Source of the DNA: Octopus sinensis
Taxonomy: Eukaryota
Reading direction: 5' to 3'
Length of the DNA stretch: 11,012 bases
NCBI RefSeq assembly: GCF_006345805.1
Contig: NW_021827160.1
Location: 1-11,012 of the forward strand
The notes beneath the pieces were generated by a model. The model was not told where the DNA came from, did no database searches, and saw only the letters and a list, made by a program, of their open reading frames with translations. Of this stretch, positions 9,308 through 11,012 are shown piece by piece; the stretch's first letter is position 1, and every line of letters starts with the position of its first letter. Both the position numbers and the translations under genes were made by a program.

Positions 9308-9644
<337 letters not shown>

Positions 9645-9960
9645 GACATGTTAAGTATAGTAAAGGAAAGTCAGCGAATTACAGAATCTCCGTGTGCCCA
9701 TCCCATTCCTTCCCTGATGTTATTCCACTGCAGATACTACTTCCATTTCTGTTACGAAGCAATAACGGAGATAATCGAAACATCAAAGACTTCCATTTTT
9801 CGTGAATGTCAAACAAATACACCTGGTCAGATGCTCTCTCACCTGTCTCTGTTTTTCGGTTTTTGATCATTGTACAATTTTCAGCCATAATACATAAGGT
9901 TCTTGAAGCAGTGTCACTGCCATCTTAGTTTTAATTTCCCTGTTAAATCAACAAAGCATC

Positions 9961-10203
9961 AGTGGAGCCGCGTGGCGCAGTGGTCAGTGTGTTGGACTCA
10001 GGATTGTAAAATTGTGGTTTCGATTCCTAGACTGATAGACGTGTTCTTGAGCGAAACACTTCATTTCATGTTGCTCCAGTCCACCTAGTTGGCAAAAAGG
10101 AGTAATCTAGCAATGGACCAGCGTCCAATTCGGGTGGAGAATATATAGACCGGGAAACTGGCCGGTATGACACCAGAAGGAAAACTTTACTTTACCTTAT
10201 TAT
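9961..10203 (+). mobile_element. Full-length tRNA-derived SINE with 11-bp target-site duplication
   Basis: A box tggcgcagtgg (9973-9983), B box ggtttcgattcc (10016-10027), CORE-like cttgagcgaaacactt, and a 3' (acttt)n tail. The perfect flanking direct repeat aacaaagcatc lies at 9950-9960 and 10204-10214. Confidence 0.9.
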
Positions 10204-10212
10204 AACAAAGCA

Positions 10213-10570
10213 TCGACTTATCCACCATGCAAATGCACAAAAACAAGAGGCTGATTTCTGTACAGACATACCACATTACTTTCTTTGTCCTACCGAACAA
10301 GCCAATGCTGAAATGAAGGTTAGAAATTTCACACCATATTTCACACGAAAGCATAAAAATGGGAGTTCGTCGTCTTCCTGCACAATCCTCTTATCGCAGA
10401 TGCAAGGGATATATTTTCCAGTTGCTGCTATGGACCTGCGTAGTTTCAAAACAATGTTAATGAATCAACTTCAAGTGAACTCCAGGGGCCACCTTATGTC
10501 TTTCTGATGTGATTCTAAATTTGTCGCAATAAAATTCATTCTGTTAACTAAATTTTAATGATGACCGGCC
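10213..10570 (-). pseudogene. Possible highly degraded Pif1-type helicase C-terminus of a Helitron RepHel protein
   Basis: Across frameshifts the minus strand gives ILLR..NLE (10535-10513), ATGKY-IPCI (10410-10399), ELPFLCFRVKYGVK (LPF at 10357-10365), SVGQ (GQ at 10285-10290), NVVCLYRNQPLVFVH-LHGG, and SR (10213-10218). Order and spacing resemble LLRNL..TGKY..IPRI..LPF..R.QFPV..SQGQ..VVGL..PVFSHGQLYV..SR. The TINK part of motif V is not recognisable. Confidence 0.4.
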
Positions 10571-11012
10571 TCCATCCTTCATTCTATATATGAACTGACC
10601 CACGAATACTAAACCAGCTGATAACAACTCAGATGCAGGAAAGTATCAGAAGAGACAAATGGAAACCACGCCCAAGCAGAACTGGTGGACAAAAATAAAA
10701 AGAAAATCCTATGAGAATTGGAAAGCGAAATAAAAAAAAAAAAAAGAATTCTCTCAATTAGAAAGATGAAAAGATTAATTTGCTTTTTAAGTTAATCAAC
10801 TAAAATATTCCCATCAGCAACTAGTAGCAGCCACAGTCAACAACAAAATCAAATATTCTCATCTTCAGGACAACATGAAAGCTACAATGAGCGATCAAAG
10901 GGTCGCAGAGTAAGAGGGAACCGTTCAGAGATTAAGTACAGTCCAAAAGCATTCTACTAATTCGCCGTAAAACACAGACATTGTTTTATTCTTTTTTTGT
11001 CTCCGGTGATGG

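Noticed and set aside
9964-10030. tRNA gene
   Set aside because: A and B boxes are present, but I cannot fold a cloverleaf. It is followed by a SINE body and tail and bounded by a TSD, so it is a SINE head.

Overview
Eukaryotic, repeat-saturated DNA with no supportable protein-coding gene. It is most likely an octopus (coleoid cephalopod) intron or intergenic region, inferred from SINEs I recognise from octopus sequence and from the microsatellite load (roughly 30% of the window by my tally). Almost every ORF in the supplied track is a translation of simple repeats. The recognisable content is decayed transposons: an internally deleted RTE LINE RT fragment (+, ~58-548); an internally deleted L1/Tx1 ORF2 fragment (-, 2194-2670) with a probable 3' end at ~1852-2017; a dead, partial Tc1/mariner (-, ~4214-5174) whose spacing implies DD36E (Incomer-like); two oppositely oriented copies of one tRNA/CORE-type SINE (5737-6139 +, 8334-8590 -); and a full-length tRNA SINE with an 11-bp TSD (9961-10203). 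Less obvious signals are: a 41-bp inverted duplication (781-821 / 2137-2177) sitting at the L1 break point; a canonical Helitron 3' terminus (-, 8290-8322); a possible degraded Pif1-type Helitron helicase upstream of it on the same strand (10213-10570); and three 1-nt-spaced nuclear-receptor half-sites (3446-3465). I see no evidence for a new multi-gene system.
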